From Dicyema japonicum (Eukaryota > Animalia > Dicyemida), in assembly GCA_011109175.1 (NCBI GenBank), contig RDEW01000106.1, forward strand, positions 1-33,000: a DNA stretch of 33,000 nucleotides, in the 5' to 3' direction. The notes under the pieces are model-generated. The model saw only the letters and a program-made list of their open reading frames with translations, was not told the origin of the DNA and did not search any database. Every line of letters starts with the position of its first letter. The first letter of the stretch is position 1. Positions 1-11,509 of the stretch are shown here, piece after piece. The position numbers and the translations under genes are program-made.

Positions 1-4
1 GAAT

Positions 5-727
5 ATGTACTTTAAGGAACTATTAAAGAACGAAATAGACGTACAAATCATAATAGAAGTTCGTAAAATAATTAAAATAAGAAAATTAGTAATGAAAATC
101 TTGATAATGACGAATTCACTGATTTAAACATTAAGGCCACTAAAATGATTAATTCCAGCAAGGAAATTTTAAAAGTAAATATTATAACGACAAAGGGATT
201 GAAAAACACACTTCCCTCCCACATTGCAGTGACTCCCAGCAATGATGTTGTTGAAAGGTTGGATATATTCTCAAATTCACTGGATATGTATATTTCACGG
301 TTATATTAGGATTATCGCTAAGTTAAGGAAAGCCAATCTCTCATATTCATCAGGACAACCAAGATTGATGAAAGTGGTAGAGCAGGTTAGAATGAGAAAG
401 TAACTATTACAAAAATGTAGACTAAATGAGGTCAGTCAAGAGAAACCGTCACTCAAGATTGCCGAGATCATGAATACACTGAAATCATTGATTATGAATA
501 GAATAGAACAGAGTGATCAAATTAATCAAATATTGAGTTTTACTTCTGATCTTATAAACCGAAATGTCAGCATATTGGAACAAATCAGTGGGAAAGCATC
601 ACTAGCCGGCAAAATGGTGTACAAGTTTGTCCACAGAGAGAGGACCATGAATGTGCTCCTTGTCCTAGCCTTTGTCCTTTTCTTTTCTTCGATATTATTT
701 ATAATCAAAATTAGAATATTTGGATAA
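5..727 (+). CDS. SEC20: Sec20/BNIP1 ER t-SNARE, 5 exons (5-58, 82-174, 196-287, 310-399, 421-727), 211 aa
   Basis: Removing GT-AG introns of 23, 21, 22 and 21 nt gives a 636-nt open frame. It resembles BNIP1/Sec20 along its length: ELLKNEIDVQIIIE, AKLRKANL, VRMRK, a SNARE coil, and the C-terminal anchor RERTMNVLLVLAFVLFFSSILFIIKIRIFG. The start could lie upstream of the window. Intron 175-195 is stopless and in frame, so it is the least certain. Confidence 0.88.
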
Positions 728-775
728 TAATATTATTTTATTTAATTTTAAATTAAATTTAAAAATGGGTTAAAA

Positions 776-1130
776 TTAAAAAATATCAACCAAAGCATGG
801 GTAAAGTAGTCAACGTCACTCAGACTGAGACCGCTTAAATTAAATCTTCCGTTCTCGAGGACTTAAATTTGGTGTTTTTCTTTCAAAATACGTGCCTCAT
901 CGCCTGTAAAGTCAAGTAGTACTAATAATCCTTTGTTGTTGGTTATAAAATCAAAATTTTTGTTTGAAAGACTTTCCTTTAGAGATGTCCTTATTTTTGA
1001 TATTCTTTCTTTAAGTTTGGTGAACTCCCCCATCCTACTGTGAGGACCACAAGTCAAACCATTGAGCTTTCACTCTTTATCTTTGAGAATCTCGTAGACT
1101 ATTTTCCAAATCCCTGCTAGGCAGGTCAAC
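776..1130 (-). pseudogene. Aspartate aminotransferase (GOT) C-terminal remnant
   Basis: Translation KAQW|MGEFTKLKERISKIRTSL...FDFITNNKGLL...HQI*VLENGRFNLSGLSLSDVDYFTHALVDIF matches the AspAT C-terminus. It has a 25-nt phase-2 intron (1035-1059), an in-frame TAA at 863-865 where Tyr is expected, and a frameshift near 1070. The 5' part is replaced by a LINE. Confidence 0.78.
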
Positions 1131-1194
1131 GAAAAGGAAAAAATTATTTTTTTTGAATATATGAATCATTACTTTTATCAAATTCATTATATGC

Positions 1195-3115
1195 TCCCAC
1201 TGACCATCAGATAGACACCTCCCATCAGATTATGACCTTAGCGCCCAAAAATGATCCTAAATTTAACGCTCCGGATCCACCAACAGATTAGAAGGAATGG
1301 ACCTAGTGTTGTGACACTCCTGAAGAAATAGACTAAAGAAAACTATGGATAAAACAGCATCCTTGAATACTGAAATTACAGATCTGAATAAGGATATTAC
1401 CAAAAGGATTGAAATAAAAACAAAAAAATGGGAGGCTGCTTTGATTTCTGTAAACAGACACACAAAGACATCATCCTCATGGAGAACACTACGGATACTC
1501 AAACAGATTCCCATACAACATACACCAGGAATTAATCCTGACACACTTATGAAATTTTATGTCAGTTTAAGCCACAAACAATATTTGAAACTGATCATCA
1601 ACCGAAACACAAGAAGAAGAAATATCCATACATCGAATATTTTAAACCACTGGAGGTATTTCATGCAATTAAATACATGAAAAATACAAAATCCAAAAGG
1701 GCGGATGACATTTCAATAACTGAATTGAAACACTTGGGGACAAAAGCAGTCGATGCCCTTACTGAGATTTTCAATTACTCAGTGAATAGAAATGAGATTC
1801 CTTCATTATGGAAAAAATCACTTATACATCCAATACCTAAAAAGAACAAAGCTTTTAACAACCTCCGGAGATATTGTCCAATATCGATTTTTTGTGGCCT
1901 TTCAAGAACATTGGAAAAATTAATCCTCACAAGATTAATCATTCGCTTGATCTTGCAAGTTTCCAACATGGCATCAGATCGGGATACTCAATTTCAACAC
2001 ATCCAACAAAACTAACCCAGTTCAACTCGGATAGACTGAACTACTCAAAACCACATAAAAGAACGGTACTTGTCGCTCTGGATATCGAGAAGGCGTTTGA
2101 TTCGGTAGCGAAAAAGACTTTAACAACAAAAATTTTTGACATCGATATTCATCCGAAAATCCAGATGTGGCTGGCAAATTTCATTAATGGTAGAAGAGAC
2201 CAAGTTGTCATGAATAATAGAAAATCAAGACAACGATACCTCCCCAACGGGGTCCCTCAAGGATCCTCTTATATCACCAACCTTGCTCAATTTATTTACA
2301 AAAGACATTCCAAATCCAAACATCCAAAATACCATCCTTCTGTCTTATGCCGACGATCTCATTGTTGCAGCAAGACACCAAAGCCATAAAGAAGCTGCGC
2401 GAAGGGTCCAGGAGACCCTCGACATTATGAACCCATGGTTTTTCAAAAACCACATGAAAATATCCCATGGGAAGTCGAGCACTGCGATTATCTCCTCCTA
2501 CAGGAAACATACATTCTCCGATCCTAAATTAACTTGGAATGGAGAGCTTATCCCAGCTAATAAGAACCTATCAATCCTTGGAGTAACATATGACCTGTTG
2601 ATGACGTTCACACATCATTTGGACACAATAATTTCAAGAGTTCGAAAAAAGATGGGATCCTCAAGACCTTTGCTAGATCTCCAATATCTTCACTTTCTCA
2701 TCTCAAATTATTATACAAACAGTATATTCTACCGACAATGGAACATGCATGTACGGCGTACACCCTTGTCAATATCCACGCAGAACAAATTAGAGGTCAT
2801 ACAAAACCAATGCCTCCGGATCCTTCTTAAATGTGACAGAATGACGCCTATGTCAAAATGAGGAACACATTAGATGACAAAAAAGTTATGGAACATCTCG
2901 GTGACGAACAACAAGAATTCTTGAAAATGGTGCGATCTTCTGGTAGTCCCCTTGAAGATGAGTTTCTTGCCTACCAGAATTTGAGATCAAACCTTCCCCT
3001 TTTGGACGATCATACAAGATTGCAGACAAAGTCGAAACAAAGGAGGACGCACTGACACCGGGATCACTTAATTAGACGATAACGTTTTTCCTCTTTCCTG
3101 TGTTCCCGGGGGGTG
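1195..3115 (+). mobile_element. Decayed APE-type non-LTR retrotransposon (Jockey/I-like), 5'-truncated
   Basis: Frameshifted RT motifs YCPISI, ALDIEKAFDSV, NGVPQGS, LSYADDL and ILGVTYD, followed by a 3' UTR stem at 3058-3109. Confidence 0.9.
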
Positions 3116-3469
3116 ACAAATTTTAGTTCCCGTCGAGTGGCTTTCATTTAAGAGTCACTTTAACCCCATTAAAGTGCAAGAATGTTTTTTCCCTCGTAAA
3201 AAGAAGAATAAGACGGTTTGGTCTATGCTTTATTATAGGTGGTGGAAATAAAACCGCAAGGACTTAAATCGGAGTCCTCGTCATAAATAAATCTGAGATC
3301 TGCAAAGTCCCGAGGTAGTCATCAACAGTGAAAGGGATAATCTCGAAATACTAGAACAACTCTGGCTGCTTCTGATTTGTGAGTTTATAGGAATTAGATA
3401 TTACAGTAAACTCTCTTAAATTTACCATTTTTTAAAGAAATATTCTAATTTTAGTAAAAATTTGCCAAT

Positions 3470-4370
3470 TCCGAAATTTTCAGTAATTTTTTAAAAGTTT
3501 TTTTTCCGTGTCCTGCTGGGAACATACACTATGGCCATTTTCGTGTAGGCGACGGTAAAACAATCTGCGATTAAACTCAAACAGATTATTTTCTCTCCTT
3601 CTCTTACACCGACTTTCATGTGTATAGAGTTTCTTATACACCATTATTGCCCCCTCTAATTCCACTTTTACCCTCCTCAACTCTTTGGAGTCCCATTTGG
3701 GAACACGGAGTTTACTAATTAGCCCTTTACTATAGGCGGTGCTTTTCCTCTAACCCCTCTCTCCACACTACTTATGTGCCCCTCAAATGCTTCCAGCTCA
3801 GTCTGTCTCCAAGCAATCTTGGCACATATCAGCTCTTTCCATTTACTGAGAGGTCTGGTCTCATCCGTCAATTCCTCATAGGTGATCTGTGCTGTATACA
3901 GCACTAGGGAGATGTCACCAGTGACACTACTGGCTTAGCCTCCACCGCATGAGCTACAGCCTTATTGATACAGGTTAAAACTACTCCGTTAACCTTACAA
4001 TGAGGGATCTTGCAGGTAAATCTACGGTCCTCAAGTGAAACATCTGCCGCTGCAGCAGATTCCGCGCAAAGACCTCATAAACATGCTTGAGATTCAACGT
4101 ATCACAGCTCTGGTGCTTGTGCTCTCTTTGACAGTTGTGGTCATCTGGTCCCTGCCTCTTTAGACTAGTAACATCTTTGCCTACAGCCATTTTCTTAACT
4201 TCACTCACAGATATAGCAGTACTGAATCTGCCACTGCAGAACTCCGCCAACTATGGCCAAACATTCCAGGGCATTCGGGATAGCCTGATACGTATTTGCA
4301 GGACTACCTGCCTCGGCCATTCTTTTAAGTCAGCTGCCATAACGATCTTGGATATGGCAAGAATTATATT
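3470..4370 (-). mobile_element. R4/Dong-type RLE retroelement, N-terminal/pre-RT segment in inverted orientation
   Basis: EFCSGRFSTAISVSEVKKM, LYTAQITY...SKW and FEFNRRLFYRRL parallel the N-terminal part of the element at 11510-15000. Confidence 0.65.
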
Positions 4371-4374
4371 CACA

Positions 4375-6130
4375 CTATCTGGTATCATTTACAAAAAGAT
4401 TCCTTATCTCCACAGTTACTTGTATTATTGATTGATCCGTTGAGTCAACTATTAAATGGTAAATACCCTAAAGTAACCATGGATGCTGAGGGAAATACTC
4501 TTACCTATGATACTAACCACTTGTTGTTTATGGATGATCTTAAATTGATATCCTGTGAGGATGACACAATGCTAAGAATGATGAACGAAGTTTGAAAATT
4601 TTTGATGCGGCTGGACTAGAGGCTAATATCGATAAATCAGCCACAAATGTTGAATGTTTGGTTGAAAAAGCTATGTTACTTGACGGTCTTGGAGGATATC
4701 GATATCTTGGCGTATTAGAAGACAAATATAGTAGCGTCATGAAGACAAATGTGATGAAGTCTATTTATGCAGAAGTGGAGAATAGAATCGTGAATCTTAC
4801 GAAGACTAAACTGAATAGTCAGGGGCATAGTGGTTAGGTGTCGGGCTAAAGTGACTTAGGTTACGGGTTCAATTCTCGCTGCTGTTCACCTGGTGGAAGG
4901 TTCCACGTATCTACGATGTAAAAAGGCTTGACGAGTGACGCCGTCACCAGTGGACTCTCACTGCGGAACTGGATTGTCAAAAAAGGACCCACAGACAAGA
5001 AAAAGAAAATAGAAATAAAGATCATTCCTTGGTTATACGATTAGCTAAAATTAACTGTTCTTTACTTAAATAAAGTGTGTTTCCTGCCTATGCGGAGCTG
5101 ATACCACGGCTCCGTGAAAGAAGCTGTTAAATGGTCGGATTTACTGTAAATCTGCAAATAAAGAGAGATTGTATTTACAGCGAGATTGACTTCTGTTGTA
5201 TGTAAAAGTGAAAGAATACTTCATTTTTACAATGACCTGCAACACAAGTCCAACAAATGTTTGAGAAAAGCAGGAATCCTACGGGTCTTGAACGCAAAAA
5301 AAATCATGTGGCCACTATCGTAGGATTCCTAGCTGGAAAATACCGCTTAGACACAAGAGACTTAAATCTAAAACAACTAAAGGATGTACAACAAAATGAG
5401 CTATTAGAAAAGATAAAAAAATCTATGCATGCTATGATGTTTGATTCAACAGAAGATCAGAATGTTGATATCAAACAATCTAGCCAATGGTCAATCGCCG
5501 GGAACAACTCCCCAAGGACCGAGGAATTGCTATGCTATGTCCAGGATCGGAATGTTTTCTTCGAGGAAAATGACGCAAAATGCAGTCATTGCAATTCAGC
5601 GAAAAAAAGTGGATCATCTGGCAACTAAGTGTGGAAGAGTGCTCAATAGTGACTACCTACGTCGTCATAATAAAGTCGTCATGTGCATACACTTACACCT
5701 GTGCAGGCAGTATGGAATAAAGAAATCGAAAAGACTAAAGACTCATTCAGTGCAATCAACGGTTGTAACTGAATTTGTGGAAATTCGCGTTGATACAACA
5801 ATAGCTACGGATACGAAAATAGAAAATAACAAGCCGGATGTTTTCGTGTATGACAAAATCAAGAACATAATAACGCTAATAGAAGTGGGAATAACCTCCC
5901 AGGATTCTTTGAAACATGTCGAAGTGGAGAAAGGCCGCAAGTACGATCTTCTCGCAAGTGAACTGGGGATAATACACAAAGCGAAAGTGCACGTGGTCCC
6001 AGTAGTCCTTATTTGGGATGGAGTCGTGAGCAAATACTACATCACCACTTGAGTCATCTAAAATTGGATTCCCCTGTAGGAGCCTACATGCAGACGGTAA
6101 CGATCAAAAACGATGGAAAGCGTTTTGCAC
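4375..6130 (+). mobile_element. R4/Dong-type RLE retroelement from RT domain 4 to the endonuclease, interrupted by a SINE
   Basis: LQKDSLSP...IDPLS, LFMDDLKL, YRYLGV, ANKERLY, a CxxC...H..C knuckle, RHNKVV, and the RLE motifs NKPDVFV...LIEVGIT...KGRKYD. Confidence 0.9.
4822..5088 (+). mobile_element. tRNA-derived SINE, copy 1 (3'-truncated)
   Basis: A-box-like GGCATAGTGGTTAG and B-box-like GGTTCAATTC. Colinear with the copies at 15086 and 31928. Confidence 0.85.
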
Positions 6131-6255
6131 GGTCACGTTTGCATGTGGAGTGTTTTAAATCGCTGATTAGTCCTTAAAATTGTCGAAATGAAAATGAAAT
6201 TTGTTGTTAACTAACTTTTTTTGTTCTTTTTAAAATTAAAATAAAATCGGGAAAC

Positions 6256-6405
6256 TTTATAACCAGCAACTGTTGCAGTTCGAAGGTCTGATTCCATGTT
6301 TCCCGGATCAAGGTATGCAATGCTCACAAGGAATCCTTGTCCGAAACAAGCCATAACCTTTTTTAAAGTGATTAGGCTGCCACTGGGGATGTCCGTGTGG
6401 TGCAT
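6256..6405 (-). pseudogene. Orphan first exon of an Nramp/SLC11 divalent metal transporter
   Basis: 50 aa MHHTDIP...GQGFLVSIAYLDPGNMESDLRTATVAGYK with the DPGN signature, ending at a GT donor. No downstream Nramp exons are recognisable in the window. Confidence 0.85.
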
Positions 6406-6414
6406 AAATTTTTG

Positions 6415-7610
6415 GCCGAAGGAGTTCAAACTCTCGAAGAGGGAATCGCAAATTTCCAGGCGGAGCAGGCATATTCAATGGTAGGAACGATGACTTGTTG
6501 GTAGACCTTGTTGACGCAAGCAGCAGGGTGGAAATGGCTCTTCTTTATGATCGCGTTTAAAATGTTCCATTTCCGAAGACCCATGGCAAGTACCTCCTCT
6601 ACGTGACTCGAGAACATCATCAGAGAGTCGAAAACTACCCAAGGATCTTCTGGGTCCGTGTAGAAGGGATAGAAGTATCTACAGAACCAGTTCGAGTCCA
6701 TCCTTAAATCTTATATCAGTAGTGAAAATGGTGAAATGGTATTTAGATGCTGACACACCTAACATATTTTCAGATAGCCAGTCACATACTCGGTTTAGGT
6801 GTGATTGAACAGTCGCTACAACCACGGAAGGAGATTTATCTCTTGCAGCGATAATTAGGTCATCTGCATAGGATAAAGCATAGTGTCCTAATCATTGGTA
6901 GTAAGTAGGTCATGTAGAAATAGGTTGAAAAGGAGAGGAGATAAAGGAGAGCCATCCAGGTCCCCATTGGGGAGTAACCTCGATTTTGAAGTGGTTTTGT
7001 CAATCCGGACCCTTCCGCGTCGTCCAGTTAAGAAATTTTTATAGCCATAGATGTTCGGATGTAAGTTCGAATTAAAAATCTTGTGCGTTAGGAGTTTCCT
7101 CGGAACAGAATCAAAGGCCTTCTGTATGTTGATGGATACTAAGGCCGTCCATAAGTGTGTTCTCATGTTGAAGCCGTCAGTAATAAACTGGGAGATAGAA
7201 CCAAATGAGTCGTCGTAGAATGGTCTGCCCTGAAAACAATGTTGAATCTCTGGTAGATGTAGAACAGGAGAGATGTGCATTAATACAAGCTTTCCCAGTA
7301 CTTTTAATAAAACACAAGTTATTGAGATGGGCGGTAAGAAGAGTCTTTTGGTTTTCTAGGCTTTAGAATTGGCATAATCAGGGAGTTTTTTCATATATTA
7401 GGTAGCGTACGGTAGTTGATAGAGTCGTTGTACAGTCTTGATAGTACGGTCCGTCCCTGAGGTCCAAGGTGTTTGAGGTGAATAGTGCAAATAACGTCGG
7501 GACCACAAGCACGAGTGGGACGTAGCAATTTAATAGCCTTGTCAACATCATGGGGGGTGAAAAAGGTGGAATACGGTTCTTGTTGCGACCCGCGTCGTTC
7601 AACATGTGTA
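6415..7610 (-). mobile_element. Decayed APE-type LINE RT/thumb segment
   Basis: RACGPD, YRPIS, NIQKAFDSV, SPLSPLLFN, YADDL and VPTIEYACSAW, with frameshifts. Confidence 0.88.
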
Positions 7611-7846
7611 GACCGAAAAAAGGAGGCTAGTTTACTGAGCGACCTCTATTCCATACACTATCGAAATATCTACAATCATACAAAATTTTTGAGGCGATGT
7701 CATGTCCAGTAAGAAGAGCTGTTCAGGATTCTTGACCCCACCGGACTCGTCCTCTCCCTTGTCGGTCTGGGATCACTTAGTAAGTTGAGAACTTTTTATT
7801 GCTTTCTCTTTGACCCAGTGATCCTGGAGGTAATAATAATATAATA
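7611..7846 (+). mobile_element. LINE 3' end with stem and (TAA)n tail
   Basis: Clearly alignable to 22240-22452. GGGATCACT...AGTGATCCT stem followed by TAATAATAAT. Confidence 0.82.
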
Positions 7847-7849
7847 ACG

Positions 7850-8850
7850 ATTTATTAAAAAGAGTTAAGGAGTTTTTTAAAGAGTATTACATCTGAGTCC
7901 TACTATATGGCTTGAACTCCACACCTGGACACTTCCTCCTTTTTAAATTTTTTTTCAGGACGTTTCTCCCAACTTTATATACGTGTCCTGGATCTTTGAT
8001 CTCTTCCTGAAACCATTGATCCGATCCTCCACAATCCTGCTAATCGGTTCTAACAGCTTGTTTTCGTCCTCGCTTAGACAGTCTTTCAGTTTCTTGTTTA
8101 AGGAGAGCTTAATTGCAGCTCTCCTAGTCTTCTCTAAGAGGAATAAGATCTTCACCCTTTTCGAAGAGAAGAACCACCCATCGCATTCATAAAGTAGGAT
8201 AGGGATAATAACTTCCTCGAAGATGAACATGTAGGTGTCACGGCTAACGTGTAACTTCCGTGTACATAGGAGCGACTGAAAAGCTCTCTTTCTCCTCCCC
8301 TTTATGTCGTCCATGTAGTTTCATGCGTTTCATATAGTCGACCCCCAGGTAGAGCAGACTGTGTGCATTGTTTACTCCCAGTTTGTATTCTTGTTTTAAG
8401 TGCTTTTTCACATTGCTTATTCGGAGTGCGCAAGATTTTTCAGCAGATAGCTTTAACCCTCTCAAGTTGCACCATTGCTCAATCTGGTCCACAAACTCCC
8501 GGATTCTTCCTTCAAAATATAAGATGTGTCCTCCACGATTACGTCATCCGCATAAATAAGGACTAGTATTAATATTCCTCGGACATGGAAAACTCGTCAT
8601 GAATATATTAAACAAAATAGAGCTCAACCTTGTGGTACTCTTCTCTTGAATGATATTGCATCAAATACATTTCTACACACTTTCACAAAATATTGTCTTT
8701 CCTGAAGATAATTTTTTAGCCAAACAAAAAGGTATCTTGGAACACATGCTGATTCAAGCTGCTTTAACAACGCTTCGTGGCATACACTGTCGAATGCTTT
8801 CAAGATATCAAAACATAATAATTTCTCCCATTTTTGTCTCATAGTAAGTA
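7850..8850 (-). mobile_element. Decayed LINE RT and C-terminal region, 5'-truncated
   Basis: FDILKAFDSVCH, VPQG, IYADD, YLGV and IIPILLYECDGW. Confidence 0.85.
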
Positions 8851-9330
8851 GAATTAAAAATTTCGTTTTTCTTCCGAAAAGAGGCCAGTAACCATTTGTT
8901 TTGGATTAAGTTTGACTTATCAGCCTGGACGTGATACTGATACGACAAAAAAAGTGTGTCTGGTATAAATAAAATGGATCTGCGTAAAATGACATTGTAT
9001 TTTATTGGGACAAAATGAAATATTCACTAATCTTATTGTCATCTTAATTTTTTACCTTGCATCTTAGGTAACCTTTCCATTCTCTGATGACACTCCCGTT
9101 TTGTTTGCAAAAAAGTATTATTTGCGTTTAGAGTGAAATTTCCTGTAAAATTTGAATAATTTGGAACATGATTTATTTTATAATTATATGTCAAGGTTCG
9201 CATTCGCATTCGACAAAGGAAGATGGAAAAGACTAACTATAAATATTGTTTCTGAGTGTTGCACATGCGGGGCTATATTCATTATGGCTTTGGTGAAAGT
9301 GCCTTAATAATAAAAATAATGTCAAGGTTA

Positions 9331-10874
9331 TTAATTTTGTTCTATTTTAGTCGAAACAGCCCAGCTTTGAGTATTAGTATCGCCGAAAAGAGTAAAAGAA
9401 GCAACTCCCAAGAATTGAATAACAAGCATAATGCCAAATACAATCCTCCACTGTGTAAGATTTGTCTTTAGTCAGTTTAAATAAATCAAACTTCATCATT
9501 GATTATAGTAGAGGTAAGTAGAATTGCCCCAACACTCAGAATGGAGGCAAGAGTATTGATAATTCCAACAATAACCTCACAGTAATCTTTGGCTATTTCT
9601 GCAGTATTTGGGAGGGCAATAGACAAACAAACTCCCACACAGAAACAGGACATTAGTATAAAGAATATTCCCAGATATTTGTTTGACGTCAAAGTCGCAA
9701 ATTCCAGAAACAACCCGATTGGCAGAAGCCCTTAAGTAAAATAAACATAAACCAATAAAATTGAAAATCTTCTTTACAATGAGATTTGTCAGTAGTTTTT
9801 TCTTTATTAACAAGTCAGACAGAGAACATGAGACCAACCCTCCTAACCAAGTTAAAATGGGGACCAGGAAAGTTATCGTAACTTGCTGCAAAAGTTATCC
9901 TAACAGTACATTTTTGACACTGATAAAGTAAAGTCCTTGAATTATTAAGGGGATGTAAGTTAAGAGGAGAAACATGCTGCATGTTGCTGTGATGTGAGCA
10001 ACCGCCATTCCCCAAAATGGTGGAGAAGTGAATATTTTTTTAATTGGGAGATTCTAAATTATTATTAGCTTACTTTTAATATATGACGACCTGTTGGTTG
10101 GGTTTTGCTTTTTAAATTCTGTTTTTCCTTTTCTGTGATCCACCGGTTGTCTTTAGGGAAATCCGTTATAAAGATAAACCACAGAATGCACCAGAATATT
10201 GAGACTCCAACTAAAACTCAAAATCCGTAAAAACTAGTGATGTAAAATGATATTTTCCAGGAATAGTCGGCTTTGGAAAGACCAGAGACCACAGCAAATG
10301 CTATAATATTCCCTAAATTTGTCCCTAAATTGAATATTCAGTGGTACCAGGAAATATAATCCCCATCATTGTGCTTCTATAGCTCTCTGGAGTCCAATTC
10401 ACTATGAACAAACAAATTGAAGGCAAAAGTCCCCCTTGAGTTTATACAAAAACCACTTGTGCTATCCCCATGATTATTCTCACAATGATAATAGCGATGG
10501 TGGAATTTTCCAAAGAAATAGGAGAGACTCCACACATCAACGTGGAGAGCAATGCCATCATAAACAATACAATCCTGGGTCCGTAAATATTTGACAAAAT
10601 TCCACCAATTATCTGAGTCAAACTGTATCCAATATAAAAAGACATCAAGACTGATCCTCTTTCAACAGTCGTCATAACTAATAATTTCTACAATGGATCA
10701 GAATATAATACTTTTTCAGGATTTTTTTCATTTACAGTGACTACATCTGCAATGACAACATTTAGATTGCTTCTTTGTAGGTACATTATACCAAAACACA
10801 CCATTCCCAATGAACCGACCAAAAATCTTCCACAGTAATCATTAATTCCTAGTTAAGAAAATGTCATTACCCAT
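9331..10874 (-). CDS. SLC17/sialin-like MFS anion transporter, 10 exons (10874-10871, 10848-10712, 10687-10457, 10434-10348, 10324-10235, 10210-10074, 10053-9910, 9885-9753, 9730-9492, 9465-9331), about 445 aa
   Basis: Spliced product has SLC17 hallmarks: YLQRSNLNVVI, FYIGYSLTQIIGG, GIAQ|GGLLP, NWTP..YRS, TDFPKDNRWITEKEK, QWRIVF and QSWA. Introns are 22, 24, 22, 23, 24, 20, 24, 22 and 26 nt. The exon sum of 1337 nt needs +1 nt at the intron-3 acceptor (G run 10431-10435). Confidence 0.88.
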
Positions 10875-11509
10875 TATAATTTGATATAATAACGATTTAC
10901 TGCACTTTATGTGATTTATAAAATGGTGACCTAATTATGTATTATAATTAGGGCGATTTTTGTCAATAAAGTCAAAAATTGATATGTTCTTTTAAATTGC
11001 TTTAAAATATAAAAATGTTGTTTTTAGTCAAAAATATTATGTTAATCAATAGTTATAAAGTCAAAAAAGTGAAAATTTATTTTTAGGTCAATAAAGTCAA
11101 TTTTTTATTGATTTTTATTTTTTCGAGTTTTTAAATAAAATACTAGCGCGGGATCAAATATCATCATTAAGGAAAGTTGTTTTTAGCACTTAAAAAAATA
11201 GCACTTAAAATGATAAACTCTAGCATTTAAATTTGTAAAATAATAAAATATAACATTTAAATTTTATTGTAATATGTCACGTGCCTCGGCCCACATATGG
11301 TCGAGGCTAATGAAATTACAAAATTTTCTATAGCAGAATCAACTTAAATATACCCAAAAGTATACCTCTGAAATAAACAATTTTGTAGAACACAAAAATT
11401 GAGAAATCCAATTTAAAAAAAATATCCACTAAATATCACAAAGCAATGGTATCCTCGTGCTAAAAAATTTTTGATTATGTTTAAAAAATATAAAATAGAT
11501 AAAATCTAA

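Noticed and set aside
863-865. Stop-codon reassignment (TAA read as Tyr or Gln)
   Set aside because: Sec20, SLC17 and the AspAT remnant all end at TAA at the expected positions, and the AspAT remnant also has a frameshift.
3120-3420. Downstream Nramp exons or structured RNA
   Set aside because: No Nramp motifs in any frame, and only short generic hairpins.
5089-5130. Alternative SINE 3' module with a CGGAGC/GCTCCG hairpin (tail swap)
   Set aside because: Better read as resumed Dong coding sequence leading into KLLNGRIYCKSANKERLY.
9190-9310. Terminal exon of a plus-strand gene converging on SLC17
   Set aside because: A short hydrophobic frame exists, but no homology or consistent upstream exons could be established.
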